From the NCBI GenBank assembly GCA_002305475.1, contig DBRB01000019.1:56022-120021 (forward strand): a stretch of DNA of 64,000 nt, given 5' to 3'. The notes beneath the pieces are model-generated. The model saw only the letters and a program-made list of their open reading frames with translations. It did not search any database and had not been told where the DNA came from. This stretch comes from a candidate division WWE3 bacterium UBA1379 (GTDB taxonomy: Bacteria > Patescibacteriota > WWE3 > UBA101185 > UBA10185). This document shows positions 10,087 to 20,760 of the stretch, piece by piece; within the stretch, counting starts at the first letter, position 1; each line of letters opens with the position of its first letter. The position numbers and the translations under genes are program-made.

Positions 10087-10272
10087 TTATGCTTCTACAG
10101 TTTCCTCAGCAGGCTTTGCCTGTCTAGATAGCTTCAGGATATAGGAAAATCCTGCAAGCAAGATCACAGCTCCGACAAATACGAAATACATATTACCGGT
10201 TTTCTGCGACAACATCAGGAAAAATGTACCTCCAAAGGAAGTGAAATAAATAAGGATTCTTTGTAGAGACAT
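10087..10272 (-). CDS. Small predicted membrane protein (61 aa, two hydrophobic helices)
   Basis: ORF between rpsG and fusA. Two ~20-aa hydrophobic stretches (ILIYFTSFGGTFFLML; YFVFVGAVILLAGFSYIL). Followed by a perfect hairpin AAGGCTCCC-TTTC-GGGAGCCTT at 10050-10072. Coding status unverified. Confidence 0.35.
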   Translation of the reverse strand: MSLQRILIYFTSFGGTFFLMLSQKTGNMYFVFVGAVILLAGFSYILKLSRQAKPAEETVEA

Positions 10273-10439
10273 ATATTAGATTTTTTCATCTTCCACAGTA
10301 TAAAAAAGGGGAAAATGATACTCCTTAAAAATAGATGCGACCAAGCATCAATTTACAACAACCCGCAGCTGATGCGGAGGATAATAGCGGTTAGCATGTT
10401 CATACATGCAAATGGGTGAACGTATAGTTCACGGATAAA

Positions 10440-10907
10440 TTAGAAACGACCGAAATGGGCGAATGCTCGGTTGGCTTCAGCCATCTTGTGGGTGTCATCT
10501 CTTTTCTTAATCGCATTCCCGACACCTTCTTTTGCATTCTTCAGTTCTTCGTAGAGTTTTTCTTCCATGGCTTTACCTCGCCTATTTCGTGCTGCACCTA
10601 TAATCCATCTGATAGCCAATGCTTCGGATCTGTCATGCTTGACAGGAGTAGGAACCTGATATGTGGCTCCGCCAACTCTTCTGGAACGCACTTCCTGTTG
10701 AGGCATTACATTCTTTACTGCTTCTTCAAACATCTGCAAAGCAGTCTTTTTGTCTTCCGCCAGTCTGCTGATAGCTCTATAAACAATATTTCGTGCCAAG
10801 TTTTTTTCCCCATCCAACATTACCACATTTATCATGCGGCTGACTGTTTTGGATTTGAAAACCGGATCCACTTCAACTTGTCTTTTTTGTACTTTTTTAC
10901 CTCGCAT
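10440..10907 (-). CDS. rpsG: 30S ribosomal protein S7
   Basis: 155 aa. …DPVFKSK.V…INV.M.DGKK…A.RIVY.A… N-terminal and …RW… C-terminal S7 blocks. Follows rpsL. Confidence 0.95.
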   Translation of the reverse strand: MRGKKVQKRQVEVDPVFKSKTVSRMINVVMLDGEKNLARNIVYRAISRLAEDKKTALQMFEEAVKNVMPQQEVRSRRVGGATYQVPTPVKHDRSEALAIRWIIGAARNRRGKAMEEKLYEELKNAKEGVGNAIKKRDDTHKMAEANRAFAHFGRF

Positions 10908-10912
10908 ATGTT

Positions 10913-11326
10913 TTAAGCTTTAGGCTTCTTGGCTCCGTAAACCGATCTGGAAGTTTTTCTGTTCTGTACTCCCTGCAGATCAAAGGAACCTCGAACAATT
11001 GTATACTTGATGCCGGGCAGATCCTTGACTCTACCCCCGCGGACTAGAACCACGGAGTGTTCCTGCAGATTATGTCCTTCACCGGGAATATAGGCTGTAA
11101 CCTCCCTTTTGTTGGATAAACGCACACGCACAACTTTTCGCAAAGCTGAGTTAGGCTTTTTCGGAGTCTGAGTTTTTACCTGTAGACAGACACCCTTTTT
11201 AAAAGGAGAGTCATGCTTAATTGCTACACGCTTTCTGGTATTGTATACCTCCGTCAAAGCTTTAGCCTTAGTCTTTTTATTTTTTGCTTTTCTACTTTTT
11301 CTTAATAATTGGTTAATTGTCGGCAT
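10913..11326 (-). CDS. rpsL: 30S ribosomal protein S12
   Basis: 137 aa. [10 protein letters not shown]…[26 protein letters not shown]…[33 protein letters not shown] is a near-canonical S12. Confidence 0.97.
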   Translation of the reverse strand: MPTINQLLRKSRKAKNKKTKAKALTEVYNTRKRVAIKHDSPFKKGVCLQVKTQTPKKPNSALRKVVRVRLSNKREVTAYIPGEGHNLQEHSVVLVRGGRVKDLPGIKYTIVRGSFDLQGVQNRKTSRSVYGAKKPKA

Positions 11327-11349
11327 TTAATAATCTTTACAAACTTCTT

Positions 11350-14300
11350 TTAATCCAATTTTGCTTCAGGACCGGTCGGAATTAAACGTCCAATAATTAC
11401 GTTTTCTTTCAGTCCAATTAGCTTATCGACTTTACCAGAGGCGGCTGCATCGGTCAAGACATTGCTTGTCTGAATAAATGAAGCAGCTGATAAGAAGCTG
11501 TCGGTATTCAATGAAGCTTTTGTGATACCCAGCAGCTGAACCTTAGCACTGGCAGGAGTACCGCCCGCGGCTAATACTCTTTCATTTTCTTCTTCAAAGC
11601 TAGCTTTTGTTACAACCTCGCCTACCAAAAAGTCGGTATCACCGGACTCTTCAATTCTGACATTGTTAAACATCTGTCTGACGATGACCTCAATGTGTTT
11701 ATCATTCAAAGACACACCCTGTGAAGAGTATACTTTCTGAATTTCGTTAATGATATAGCGTTTGGTTTCTTCTACTCCGACTGTTCTGAGAAGATCGGTT
11801 AGATCAAGGTGTCCGGATGTCAGTTTTTCACCCTTGGCTACCAGTTGTCCATCTTGAACTACAATTTCAGCAACCGGATCCACCATGTATTCAGCTGTCT
11901 GAATTTCATCAGAAGGATCGGTGGCAATCACCACGATTTTTCTTTCATCACCAGATGTAGAAATCTTTACGGTACCGGTAATTTCACTCATGATAGACAG
12001 GAATTTCGGAGCTCTTGCTTCAACAATTTCCTCAACTCTGGGCAACCCTTGGGTAATATCTTTTCCTGCAATTCCTCCCGTATGGAATGTTCTTAATGTC
12101 AGCTGTGTACCCGGTTCACCGATGGATTGAGCGGCTGCCACACCAACTGCCGTTCCAATTTCAACATCTTTTCTGGTAACAAGATCCAAACCGTAACACT
12201 TTGAACAAATACCTCTTCGGGTTTCACATCCCATCGGAGATCTGAGAATAATTTTGTCCACTTCAGCCTGTTGAATAGTTTTTATATTATCTGGTGTCAA
12301 TAATGTACCGGCTTTTAAGATTACCTTGCCATTAGCTTTCACATCCTGAGCAAGATATCTTCCGGAAACTCTTTCTGCAAATTTCTGCAAAAGTGTTTCT
12401 TCATCCAGTTTAATTTCTCGACCTCTATTTGTACCGCAGTCATACTCTCTTACTAATACGTCCTGGGCAACATCCACCAGTCTTCTGGTCAAATAACCTG
12501 CATCTGCAGTCTTTAGACCCTTATCAACCAAACCTTTTCTTGCACCACGTCCTGATACGAAATATTCCAAACCCGATAATCCGGTCTTGTAGTTGCCTAG
12601 AATCGGCAGCTGCACCAGATGTCCGGTAGGATCTGAAACCAGACCCTTGACTCCTGCAATCTGTTTAACCTGATCTCTGGATGCTCTGGTTGAACCGGAT
12701 TTAACAAGCACTTTCACAGGGTTGTCTTCCGGAAGGCTGCTCCAGACAGCATTATCAATTTCTGCAGTAACCTGATTCCACGCATCTTCAGTTAATCTCT
12801 GTGCTTCAGCTCTGGTTATTAAACCTCGCTTAAAGTTCTTATCGATTTCTGCAACCGCCTGGTATCCTTTTGCGATGATTTCATCTCTGGATTGAGGAAT
12901 CTTGATATCATCCAAAGAGACGGACTGACCGGATACGGTTCCGTATTTCAGACCCAGATCTTTTAGATCGTCAATCAATTTGGTAATTACTTCATTTGAT
13001 TCTCTTTCAAAAGCCTGAGCAAGCAATGCCTTAATACCGCTTTTAGTCATTTCTTTATTTATGAACCCAAAAGACTGTGGAATTATTTCATTGAATAAGA
13101 CTCTTCCCGGTGTAGTTTCCACTAATTCCCCTTTGATGTTTACCTTAACACGCTGTCTTAAGGAGATCCTGTCACCTTTATGCATGCTGAGGTAATAAAG
13201 AAGTTCATCTTGATCAGCAAACACGGTTTCATGTAGCGGCAGATTCTCATCCACAGATGTCATGTAATAAGTACCGAAAAGCATAATTTTAGTAGGTACT
13301 GACATCGGTGACCCATCAGAAGGATTAAGCAGATTATTTGTAGAAATAATCTTATTTCGTGCTTCATTCTTTGCCGCTTCGGATAACGGAAGATGAACAG
13401 CCATCTGGTCTCCGTCAAAGTCAGCATTAAATCCTGAACAGACACAAAGGTGCAGTCTGATGGCATTGCCTTCAATTAGTTTGGGATAGAATGCCTGAAT
13501 ACCTAATCTCCAAAGTGTAGGAGCTCTGTTTAAGAGAACCGGATGATCTTTGACCACTTCTTCAAGAATATCCCATACTTCTGCAGAACGGGCTTCAATA
13601 AAGAACTTTGCGCTTTTCACATTAGGAGCATATCCTCTGCTTAATATTTCTCTTAAGACAAATGGCTTGAATAATTCCAGAGCCATTTCTTTTGGAAGAC
13701 CACATTCATTCAGCTTTAAGTTAGGACCATTGATAATCACACCTCGTCCTGAGTAGTCGACTCTTTTACCAAGAAGGTTCAATCTGAAAATACCCTGCTT
13801 TCCTTTAAGCATATCGGAAAGGGATCTTAATTCTTTCTTACCTCTTGCCAGTCTGGTCTTTTGTCTTTGCTTGGAGGAATCAAATAGGGCATCCAGAGAT
13901 TCCTGAAGCATTCTTTTTTCGTTTCTAATAATTATTTCCGGGGCACCCAGATCTAAAAGCCTCTTAAGTCGATTATTTCTGTTAATAAGTCTTCTGTATA
14001 GTTCATTCAAATCGGATGAAGCAAATCTTCCGCCTTCCAGCTGAACCAGAGGTCTAAGATCAGGCGGGATAACCGGTACTACTGACAAGATCATTCTTGA
14101 CGGTTCTATTCCGGCTCTTCTGAACTGTTCAACTACTTTTAATCTCTTTGCCAGTTTGGATGCTTTCTGACCGCGGGCATTTTCCAGTTCTTCCCTAAGC
14201 TGGGAAGCCAATTCATTCAGATCCATCTTAGAAAGGATACCTTCTAATGCTTCGGCTCCGATCTCCATCTTAGTGAAGATCTTCAGATAGTCGCTTAAAT

Positions 14301-15030
14301 TAACGTATTCGTTATCGGATAAAACAGAGTACAACTCTACGCTTTCAATTTTCTTTTGGATCAGTTTAAAATGCTTCTCATAATCTTTCAGTTTCTTATC
14401 AAAGGACGCTCTAAGTGTCTGAATTCTCTGGCGCAGTTTGATGGACTCTTCCTGAGCCTTAAAGTCATCTTTCTTTTTAGATAATTCCTCCAACATTTTT
14501 TCAAAGTCTTTAGACTGTCTTTCATATTCTTTTTCCACTTCTGCTTTTGCTTCTGCCAGATCCTCTTCTACTTTTGAAATTGCCTGAGCTTTTTTAGTTC
14601 CATCAAACTGAGTGACGATAAAGGAAGAGAAATAAATCACGGATTCTATATTTCTTGGAGAAATATCCAGCAGTAATGCCATTTTTGAAGGAATACCGCG
14701 GAAGAACCAGACATGAGCAGCCGGACTGGCCAATTCTATATGACCCATTCTTTCTCTTCTGACTCTTGAGTGGGTAACTTCTACACCGCATTTATCGCAG
14801 ATGACGCCTTTATATCGGATACCTTTATACTTGCCGCAGTAACATTCATAATTTTTTACCGGACCGAAAATCTGCTCGTCGAATAAACCATATTTTTCCG
14901 CTTTGAATGTACGGTAATTAATGGTTTCCGGTTTTGTCACTTCCCCGAATGACCAGGATCTGATCTCTTCCGGAGAAGCCAAGTATATTCTTATTGAATC
15001 AAAATCTTTTAAATCACTTAAATATTTCAT
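11350..15030 (-). CDS. rpoC: DNA-directed RNA polymerase subunit beta'
   Basis: 1226 aa. Zn-finger CxxC…CxxC near the N-terminus. NADFDGDQMAVH catalytic loop. Trigger-loop and bridge-helix regions present. Confidence 0.97.
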   Translation of the reverse strand: MKYLSDLKDFDSIRIYLASPEEIRSWSFGEVTKPETINYRTFKAEKYGLFDEQIFGPVKNYECYCGKYKGIRYKGVICDKCGVEVTHSRVRRERMGHIELASPAAHVWFFRGIPSKMALLLDISPRNIESVIYFSSFIVTQFDGTKKAQAISKVEEDLAEAKAEVEKEYERQSKDFEKMLEELSKKKDDFKAQEESIKLRQRIQTLRASFDKKLKDYEKHFKLIQKKIESVELYSVLSDNEYVNLSDYLKIFTKMEIGAEALEGILSKMDLNELASQLREELENARGQKASKLAKRLKVVEQFRRAGIEPSRMILSVVPVIPPDLRPLVQLEGGRFASSDLNELYRRLINRNNRLKRLLDLGAPEIIIRNEKRMLQESLDALFDSSKQRQKTRLARGKKELRSLSDMLKGKQGIFRLNLLGKRVDYSGRGVIINGPNLKLNECGLPKEMALELFKPFVLREILSRGYAPNVKSAKFFIEARSAEVWDILEEVVKDHPVLLNRAPTLWRLGIQAFYPKLIEGNAIRLHLCVCSGFNADFDGDQMAVHLPLSEAAKNEARNKIISTNNLLNPSDGSPMSVPTKIMLFGTYYMTSVDENLPLHETVFADQDELLYYLSMHKGDRISLRQRVKVNIKGELVETTPGRVLFNEIIPQSFGFINKEMTKSGIKALLAQAFERESNEVITKLIDDLKDLGLKYGTVSGQSVSLDDIKIPQSRDEIIAKGYQAVAEIDKNFKRGLITRAEAQRLTEDAWNQVTAEIDNAVWSSLPEDNPVKVLVKSGSTRASRDQVKQIAGVKGLVSDPTGHLVQLPILGNYKTGLSGLEYFVSGRGARKGLVDKGLKTADAGYLTRRLVDVAQDVLVREYDCGTNRGREIKLDEETLLQKFAERVSGRYLAQDVKANGKVILKAGTLLTPDNIKTIQQAEVDKIILRSPMGCETRRGICSKCYGLDLVTRKDVEIGTAVGVAAAQSIGEPGTQLTLRTFHTGGIAGKDITQGLPRVEEIVEARAPKFLSIMSEITGTVKISTSGDERKIVVIATDPSDEIQTAEYMVDPVAEIVVQDGQLVAKGEKLTSGHLDLTDLLRTVGVEETKRYIINEIQKVYSSQGVSLNDKHIEVIVRQMFNNVRIEESGDTDFLVGEVVTKASFEEENERVLAAGGTPASAKVQLLGITKASLNTDSFLSAASFIQTSNVLTDAAASGKVDKLIGLKENVIIGRLIPTGPEAKLD

Positions 15031-15033
15031 ATT

Positions 15034-18000
15034 TTATTCCTCCGCTTCCTCCTGTAAATCCTCTACGTCTGATAATTCCGATTGAACTTCATCTGTATCA
15101 ACGGCTTTTTCCGTTACTTCCGCATATTCGGACTCTGTCTGTTCGGATTCTGTTTCATCTCCGCTTCCGCCTAATGCTTCCAAACCCAAACCTAATCCGT
15201 TCATCTGTCGAACCAACAGTTTGAAGGTTTCAGGAATTGTTGATTCAGGAATTTCTTTACCCTGTATCATGGCACTATATGCCTGGGTTCTTCCAACCAG
15301 GTCATCTGATTTAATGGTCAGCATTTCTTTAAGTACATGTGCTGCACCATATGCTTCCAATGCCCACACTTCCATTTCCCCGAATCTCTGACCGCCAAAC
15401 TGTGCCTTACCACCCAACGGCTGCTGAGTAATCAATGAGTAAGGACCGGTTGATCTTGCATGCATCTTTTCCTCTGACATATGAATAAGCTTTAATAGAT
15501 AGGTATCACCGACCACAATTTCGTTTTCAAATGGTTCGCCTGTTCTACCGTCAATCAGACATAATTTACCGGAAACTGGAAGTCCAGCCTTCTGGAGTTC
15601 TGTTGCGATTTCATCTTCGTCTATAGTTTCCAAAGAAGGAATCACATATCTTTTATTCAGTATCTTAGCTGCTGTTCCTAACGGCGCTTCCAGAATCTGA
15701 CCAACATTCATACGTTTTAAAACTGCCTCGGATGAGAAAATGACATCCACGGATGAACCATCCGGTAGTCTTGGCATATCGATAGCAGGAACGATTGCTG
15801 AAATGACACCTTTGTTACCGTGTCTTCCTGCAAGTTTGTCCCCAATCATGATTTTTCTTTGCTGAGCTACATAAACGGTAATTTCTTCCAACACACCTGC
15901 CGGTAACTCTTCATTTTCTTTACGGGAAACTCTCTTCACACCGATTACCACACCGTGTTCACCGTGAGGCATAGTCAAAGAATTATCGCGTACATCCTTG
16001 GCTTTTTCCCCAAAGATTGCTCTAAGAAGTCTTTCTTCTGCCGATAAGTCAAGCTCACCCTTAGGAGCGATTTTTCCAACCAAAATATCGCCGGATTTTA
16101 CTTTTGAACCGATGGCAACAATTCCATTTTCATCCAGATTTCTTAAGGCTTCTTCTGAAACATTAGGAATATCTCTGGTGATTTCTTCCGGACCTAGTTT
16201 TGTTTCCAAAACTGATACAGTGTAATCCGACACATGAATGGATGTCAGAATGTCTTCTTTTACTAAACGATCTGAAATGACAATTCCGTCTTCAAATTCG
16301 AATCCTTCCCAGATCATGTAGGCAACCTTAACGTTAGTTCCGATTGACAGTTCACCATCATCCACACCGGGTCCTTCAATTAAGATATCGCCTTTTTTCA
16401 CTTTCTGATCGGGATTTACTTTTACATACTGGTTGTAACAGGTATCCAGATTTGATTTCTGGAATTTAGAGGGGTGGTATTCTGCTTTTTTACCGTTGGC
16501 ATATTTAACAACCACACGGTTTCCTTCAGCTACCAATACTTCTCCGTCAGCTTCTGCCTTAGTTACAGCATAAGCATTTTCAGCTACAACATCTTCAATA
16601 CCGGTACCAACCAAAGGGGCTTCTGGTATTACCAAAGGTACTGCCTGAGACATCTGCTGGGTACCCATTAATGCTCTAGAAACGTCATCATTCTGTAAGA
16701 AAGGAATCAAACCTGCTGAGATAGATACAATCTGGCGGGGAACAACTTCAATATATTCTGCCAAGGATGCATCTCCCAAACTGAAGTTTCCTCCTCTACG
16801 AAGAGGGATTTGTTTATCTAAAATATAGCCTTTTTCATCCACATTTACGGAAGCATCGGTGATGTATTTGTTATCTTCATCATAAGCTGCAAGATATACA
16901 ACTTCATTTGTAACCCGTATTCTTCCGTCTGTTTCTTTCTCTAATTTATAGTAAGGAGTTTCCAAAAACCCAAACTTATTTACTCTGGCATACATTGCCA
17001 TGTAGTTAATTAAACCGATGTTCGGACCTTCAGGAGTTCTAACCGGACAAATTCTACCAAAAGAAGAATAGTGAACATCTCTGACTGCCATACTAGCTCT
17101 TTCCTTGGTTAACCCTCCCGGACCCATGACTGATAATCTTCTTAAGTGATCAAGAGATGTTAAAGGATTCTGCTGATCCTGCATTTGTGATAATGCACCG
17201 CTGGCGAAAAAGCTGTGAATATTGGCTGCCACGGCACGTGGTGAAATGAGAACAGACGGTTCTGGAAGTTCATCTCTGGGCTGCAGGCTCATTTTTTCCT
17301 TGATATTTTTCTCCATTCTCAAAAAACCGATTCTAATCTGATTCTGCAGCAGTTCTCCCACACCTTTGACTCTTCTGTTACCTAAATGATCAATGTCACT
17401 AATATCACCTAGACCGTTATTAAGCTCAATAATTCTGGAAATTATTTTTATTAAATCCTCAAGCTGTAATAGTCTGTGCTCGGGATCGTTAGGAATATTT
17501 AAACCTAAAACCTGATTCGCTTTGAATCTTCCGACTTCACCAAGGCTATATCTTCTCTTGTTGAAAAACATGGATTCAACCAAAGCTCTTGCATTCTCTA
17601 ATACGAGAGGTTCACCCGGTCTCATTTTTCTGTATATTTCGATACATGCTTCGTCGTATGTGGTTGAGGGATCCTTTGATAATGTAGATTCCGTATAGTT
17701 TATTTCAGGATTTGTTTCTACCTCTTTAAAAGCATTTCGGATATCATCGTCTGATTCTAATCCGAATACTCTTAACAGAGTTGTGATGGTAATTTTTCTT
17801 TTTCTGTCAATTTTGACGCTGATCACACCACTTCTGGCAGTTTCAATTTCCAGCCAGACACCGTTTTTAGGAAGTACTTTTGCACCGGCTAAAAACTGCC
17901 CGGTGATAGGGGAATTTGCGCCTGTAAATAAAACACCTTCAGATCGGATGAGCTGATTAATCACAACTCTTTCCACACCGTTTATAACAAAGGTGCCGTG

Positions 18001-18330
18001 CTCAGTCATTAATGGAATATCACCCATGTAAATAACCTGTTTCTTATTCTTTTTTGCAATCGGATCTTCAATTTTTGCGGTTAAATACCAAGGGGCATCG
18101 TAGGTCCTTCCTGTATGAAGAGCCTGTTCTACCGAGATGTTTTCTTTCTGAATCTCCGGATTTGACAAGGTGAGAACCCATCCGCGACCGGAGTAGTCTT
18201 CTATTATCCCGAGTTCTTCCAAAATTTCATTAATTCCCTGATTTTTCAGCCAATCGAATGACTCTTTTTGGACAGAAGAGAGGTTTGGCAGGGGTAGAAT
18301 ATTTTTTCTTTTTGAAAAGGTATGGCGCAT
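15034..18330 (-). CDS. rpoB: DNA-directed RNA polymerase subunit beta (short form, 1098 aa) with an acidic C-terminal tail
   Basis: Rif-cluster region (…GALSQ…DQ.NPL…RRLSV.GPGGL…) present. GEMEVWALEAYGAA C-terminal motif. Immediately upstream of rpoC. Confidence 0.97.
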   Translation of the reverse strand: MRHTFSKRKNILPLPNLSSVQKESFDWLKNQGINEILEELGIIEDYSGRGWVLTLSNPEIQKENISVEQALHTGRTYDAPWYLTAKIEDPIAKKNKKQVIYMGDIPLMTEHGTFVINGVERVVINQLIRSEGVLFTGANSPITGQFLAGAKVLPKNGVWLEIETARSGVISVKIDRKRKITITTLLRVFGLESDDDIRNAFKEVETNPEINYTESTLSKDPSTTYDEACIEIYRKMRPGEPLVLENARALVESMFFNKRRYSLGEVGRFKANQVLGLNIPNDPEHRLLQLEDLIKIISRIIELNNGLGDISDIDHLGNRRVKGVGELLQNQIRIGFLRMEKNIKEKMSLQPRDELPEPSVLISPRAVAANIHSFFASGALSQMQDQQNPLTSLDHLRRLSVMGPGGLTKERASMAVRDVHYSSFGRICPVRTPEGPNIGLINYMAMYARVNKFGFLETPYYKLEKETDGRIRVTNEVVYLAAYDEDNKYITDASVNVDEKGYILDKQIPLRRGGNFSLGDASLAEYIEVVPRQIVSISAGLIPFLQNDDVSRALMGTQQMSQAVPLVIPEAPLVGTGIEDVVAENAYAVTKAEADGEVLVAEGNRVVVKYANGKKAEYHPSKFQKSNLDTCYNQYVKVNPDQKVKKGDILIEGPGVDDGELSIGTNVKVAYMIWEGFEFEDGIVISDRLVKEDILTSIHVSDYTVSVLETKLGPEEITRDIPNVSEEALRNLDENGIVAIGSKVKSGDILVGKIAPKGELDLSAEERLLRAIFGEKAKDVRDNSLTMPHGEHGVVIGVKRVSRKENEELPAGVLEEITVYVAQQRKIMIGDKLAGRHGNKGVISAIVPAIDMPRLPDGSSVDVIFSSEAVLKRMNVGQILEAPLGTAAKILNKRYVIPSLETIDEDEIATELQKAGLPVSGKLCLIDGRTGEPFENEIVVGDTYLLKLIHMSEEKMHARSTGPYSLITQQPLGGKAQFGGQRFGEMEVWALEAYGAAHVLKEMLTIKSDDLVGRTQAYSAMIQGKEIPESTIPETFKLLVRQMNGLGLGLEALGGSGDETESEQTESEYAEVTEKAVDTDEVQSELSDVEDLQEEAEE

Positions 18331-18579
18331 TAGTTTAATTTATTGCTACGACAAGTTGCCGTAAAAGCAGATCCCTTATATTAATTTTATTACTATTAAA
18401 TACAAAAAAGCACGGGGAAACCGTACCTATGTGAGGTGTGATCAACACCCAGGTGTAATAACTCACCTGATTTGCGACAGTGCGTACCTTATCATAGCGT
18501 ATTAACATTGTCAACATCAACACCCGACGTAGTGTCTTATAATTTCAATTTATGAGAACGCGCTGTTTAGCAAGGCATT

Positions 18580-19131
18580 TTACCATAAAAACCCCATTTT
18601 GTTAACAGGCCAGAATCTGAGAATCGCTTTTCCGACAATCCGATCCTTGTTTACAGGCCCGAAATACCTTGAATCGGCAGAATTGCCACGGTTATCCCCT
18701 AAAACAAAGTACTCATCCTCCTCAATTTTCTGAAACCTTCCTTCGCGAAGTGAAGTACCTCCATTTGTACAGGTCCCACTTCCCAGATAGGGCTCTTCCA
18801 GTTTTGAAGTTTTGCCATCCACTGAAATATAGACTTCACAGTCCATAATTTTAATCATTTCTCCGGGAAGACCGACTACTCTTTTTATATAGTCAATACT
18901 ATCACTGTCCGGCGGATGCAATACTACGACATCCCCTCGTTCAAAGTCATCAAAGTGTTTCGTCACTTTTTCTACAAGTACCCGTTCTCCCGTGTGAAAA
19001 TTCGGCTCCATGCTTTGACCCCATACCTGCTCGGGTAACGCTACCCACATATACAAAACCAATATCACAATCAAGGAACTAATAAATGTCTCCAGAAGCT
19101 CCAATATCAAATTTTTTATCTCATTCTGCAC
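18580..19131 (-). CDS. lepB: Signal peptidase I (S26 family, P-type)
   Basis: 183 aa. N-terminal TM. SMEP (Ser box), YIKRVVGLPGE (Lys box) and GDNRGNSADSRYFG (box E) present. Confidence 0.85.
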   Translation of the reverse strand: MQNEIKNLILELLETFISSLIVILVLYMWVALPEQVWGQSMEPNFHTGERVLVEKVTKHFDDFERGDVVVLHPPDSDSIDYIKRVVGLPGEMIKIMDCEVYISVDGKTSKLEEPYLGSGTCTNGGTSLREGRFQKIEEDEYFVLGDNRGNSADSRYFGPVNKDRIVGKAILRFWPVNKMGFLW

Positions 19132-19176
19132 AGGAAAATGATAACATTATTTAATTAAAATTGTGTACACCTATAT

Positions 19177-20760
19177 ATGGCAAAACTAACAAAGTCTGAA
19201 AAAAAGCAGCTAAAAAAAGCAAGAACCATCAACAAGCTGCAAAATCCGACTGCGCCGACTGAAGTTGTTTCCTACAACCTTACTCATGTATTTGAATTTC
19301 TCAAAGCCAATGTATTATTCTGCGGTGTTCTGGCTTTGATCGTATTTGCCGTATATTTCCGGATGCTTTTTGCCAGCTTTGTTTCTGCCGACGATCTTGC
19401 CGGTTATGTTAATAATCCTGAGATAAGGCAAATAACTATTAATAATAAGTCACCTAATATTAACTACTTATATTATTCAATAATGTATTTTCTGTTTCAG
19501 ACCAATGCAGCCGCCCTGCATTTTGGATCTATCTTTCTTCATATAGTGATCACAATATTGGTACTGGTTTTTACTTATCTGTTGTTCGGGAAAAAAATCT
19601 CCTTATATTCCACACTGCTGTTTGCCGTTCATCCGGTAAATTCCGAAACAGTATCCTGGATCAGCGGCCATGGATATTTATTTGTCACGCTTATGCACCT
19701 GCCGATTCTTATTTTATATCTGTTATTTAGACGCAGTCAGAAAGTAATTTATCTTATTCTTTCACTAGCGGTTTTTACATTTGCAGTATTCATCAACAAA
19801 CACCCCTGGTCAACGGTTATAGTAGGTGTTGTCTGTCTGATTGAATTTTTTATTTTGGAAGAAAAAATCCGTTTGAAATCCATCCAACGAGTCTCACCCT
19901 TTATTTTAATATCTATCCCCGCATCTGTTTTTATTTTCTACGAAGCAGCTAAACAACGTCTGACTGTACTTAAAACTGTGTATGATTTTAATCATACCGA
20001 AGCTACCCCTCTTCTTCAAAGAATCCCATATACAGTATACAAAACAGTTTATCTGCTCATATTCCCCAGAAAACTCAGTATCTTTCATGAAGGAGAAAAC
20101 ATCAGCATATACTTTTATCTTTATATGATCATTCTGACGATTACTTCAGTTGCTTTGATTTTCTTCCTTCTGAAATTCAAAACAAGAAAAGGAGCAGGTC
20201 TGATTATGATGATCTTTGCATCCATCCTGCCAGTATTTAGTCCTATTCAGGTAGGTTTTTTTATTGCAGAAAGATATTTGTATTTTGCATCGATCTTTTT
20301 TTGTTTACTGATAGTAATTACTATTGAAAAAATTGAAGCTGCATACAATAAGAAAAATATCCTAACTTGGATGATTCTGATCCTTTTTACCGTGTATTCA
20401 GTCAGAACATTTATCAGAACGGGGGACTGGCAGAACTCAAAAGCGCTATGGGAAGCCACCTCTAAGGTAGCCGTAAACAGTCCCAGAGTATATAACAATC
20501 TCGGAGATGCTTATGCTAATGAACAAAACTATCCAGCTTCTATTGCATCTTTCCAAAAAGCAATTGAGTTGAATCCCACCTATGTAGATGCAACACATAA
20601 CCTGGCAAATACTTATCTGCAGGCGGGACAGTATGACTTAGCTTCAGAGCTGTTTAAAAAAGCTTTGGAATTAAATCCAGAATATGAGGGGGCAGAAAGG
20701 GCTAAGACTGTTTTAGAAGCTTTGCAAAATAGAAACCTGAATACAGATGGTCAGGAATAA
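19177..20760 (+). CDS. Polytopic membrane protein with C-terminal TPR repeats (putative glycosyltransferase/PMT-like)
   Basis: 527 aa. ~10 hydrophobic helices followed by ~3 TPR-like repeats (NLGDAYANEQNYPASIASFQKAIELNP…). Function inferred from architecture only. Confidence 0.45.
   Translation: MAKLTKSEKKQLKKARTINKLQNPTAPTEVVSYNLTHVFEFLKANVLFCGVLALIVFAVYFRMLFASFVSADDLAGYVNNPEIRQITINNKSPNINYLYYSIMYFLFQTNAAALHFGSIFLHIVITILVLVFTYLLFGKKISLYSTLLFAVHPVNSETVSWISGHGYLFVTLMHLPILILYLLFRRSQKVIYLILSLAVFTFAVFINKHPWSTVIVGVVCLIEFFILEEKIRLKSIQRVSPFILISIPASVFIFYEAAKQRLTVLKTVYDFNHTEATPLLQRIPYTVYKTVYLLIFPRKLSIFHEGENISIYFYLYMIILTITSVALIFFLLKFKTRKGAGLIMMIFASILPVFSPIQVGFFIAERYLYFASIFFCLLIVITIEKIEAAYNKKNILTWMILILFTVYSVRTFIRTGDWQNSKALWEATSKVAVNSPRVYNNLGDAYANEQNYPASIASFQKAIELNPTYVDATHNLANTYLQAGQYDLASELFKKALELNPEYEGAERAKTVLEALQNRNLNTDGQE

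Noticed and set aside
11809-16671. Multiple 60-95-aa plus-strand ORFs inside rpoC/rpoB
   Set aside because: Antisense to very high-confidence genes, with no independent support.
18335-18523. 62-aa minus-strand ORF upstream of rpoB
   Set aside because: Falls in the hairpin-rich rpoB leader/lepB terminator region. No RBS or homology, so likely non-coding.
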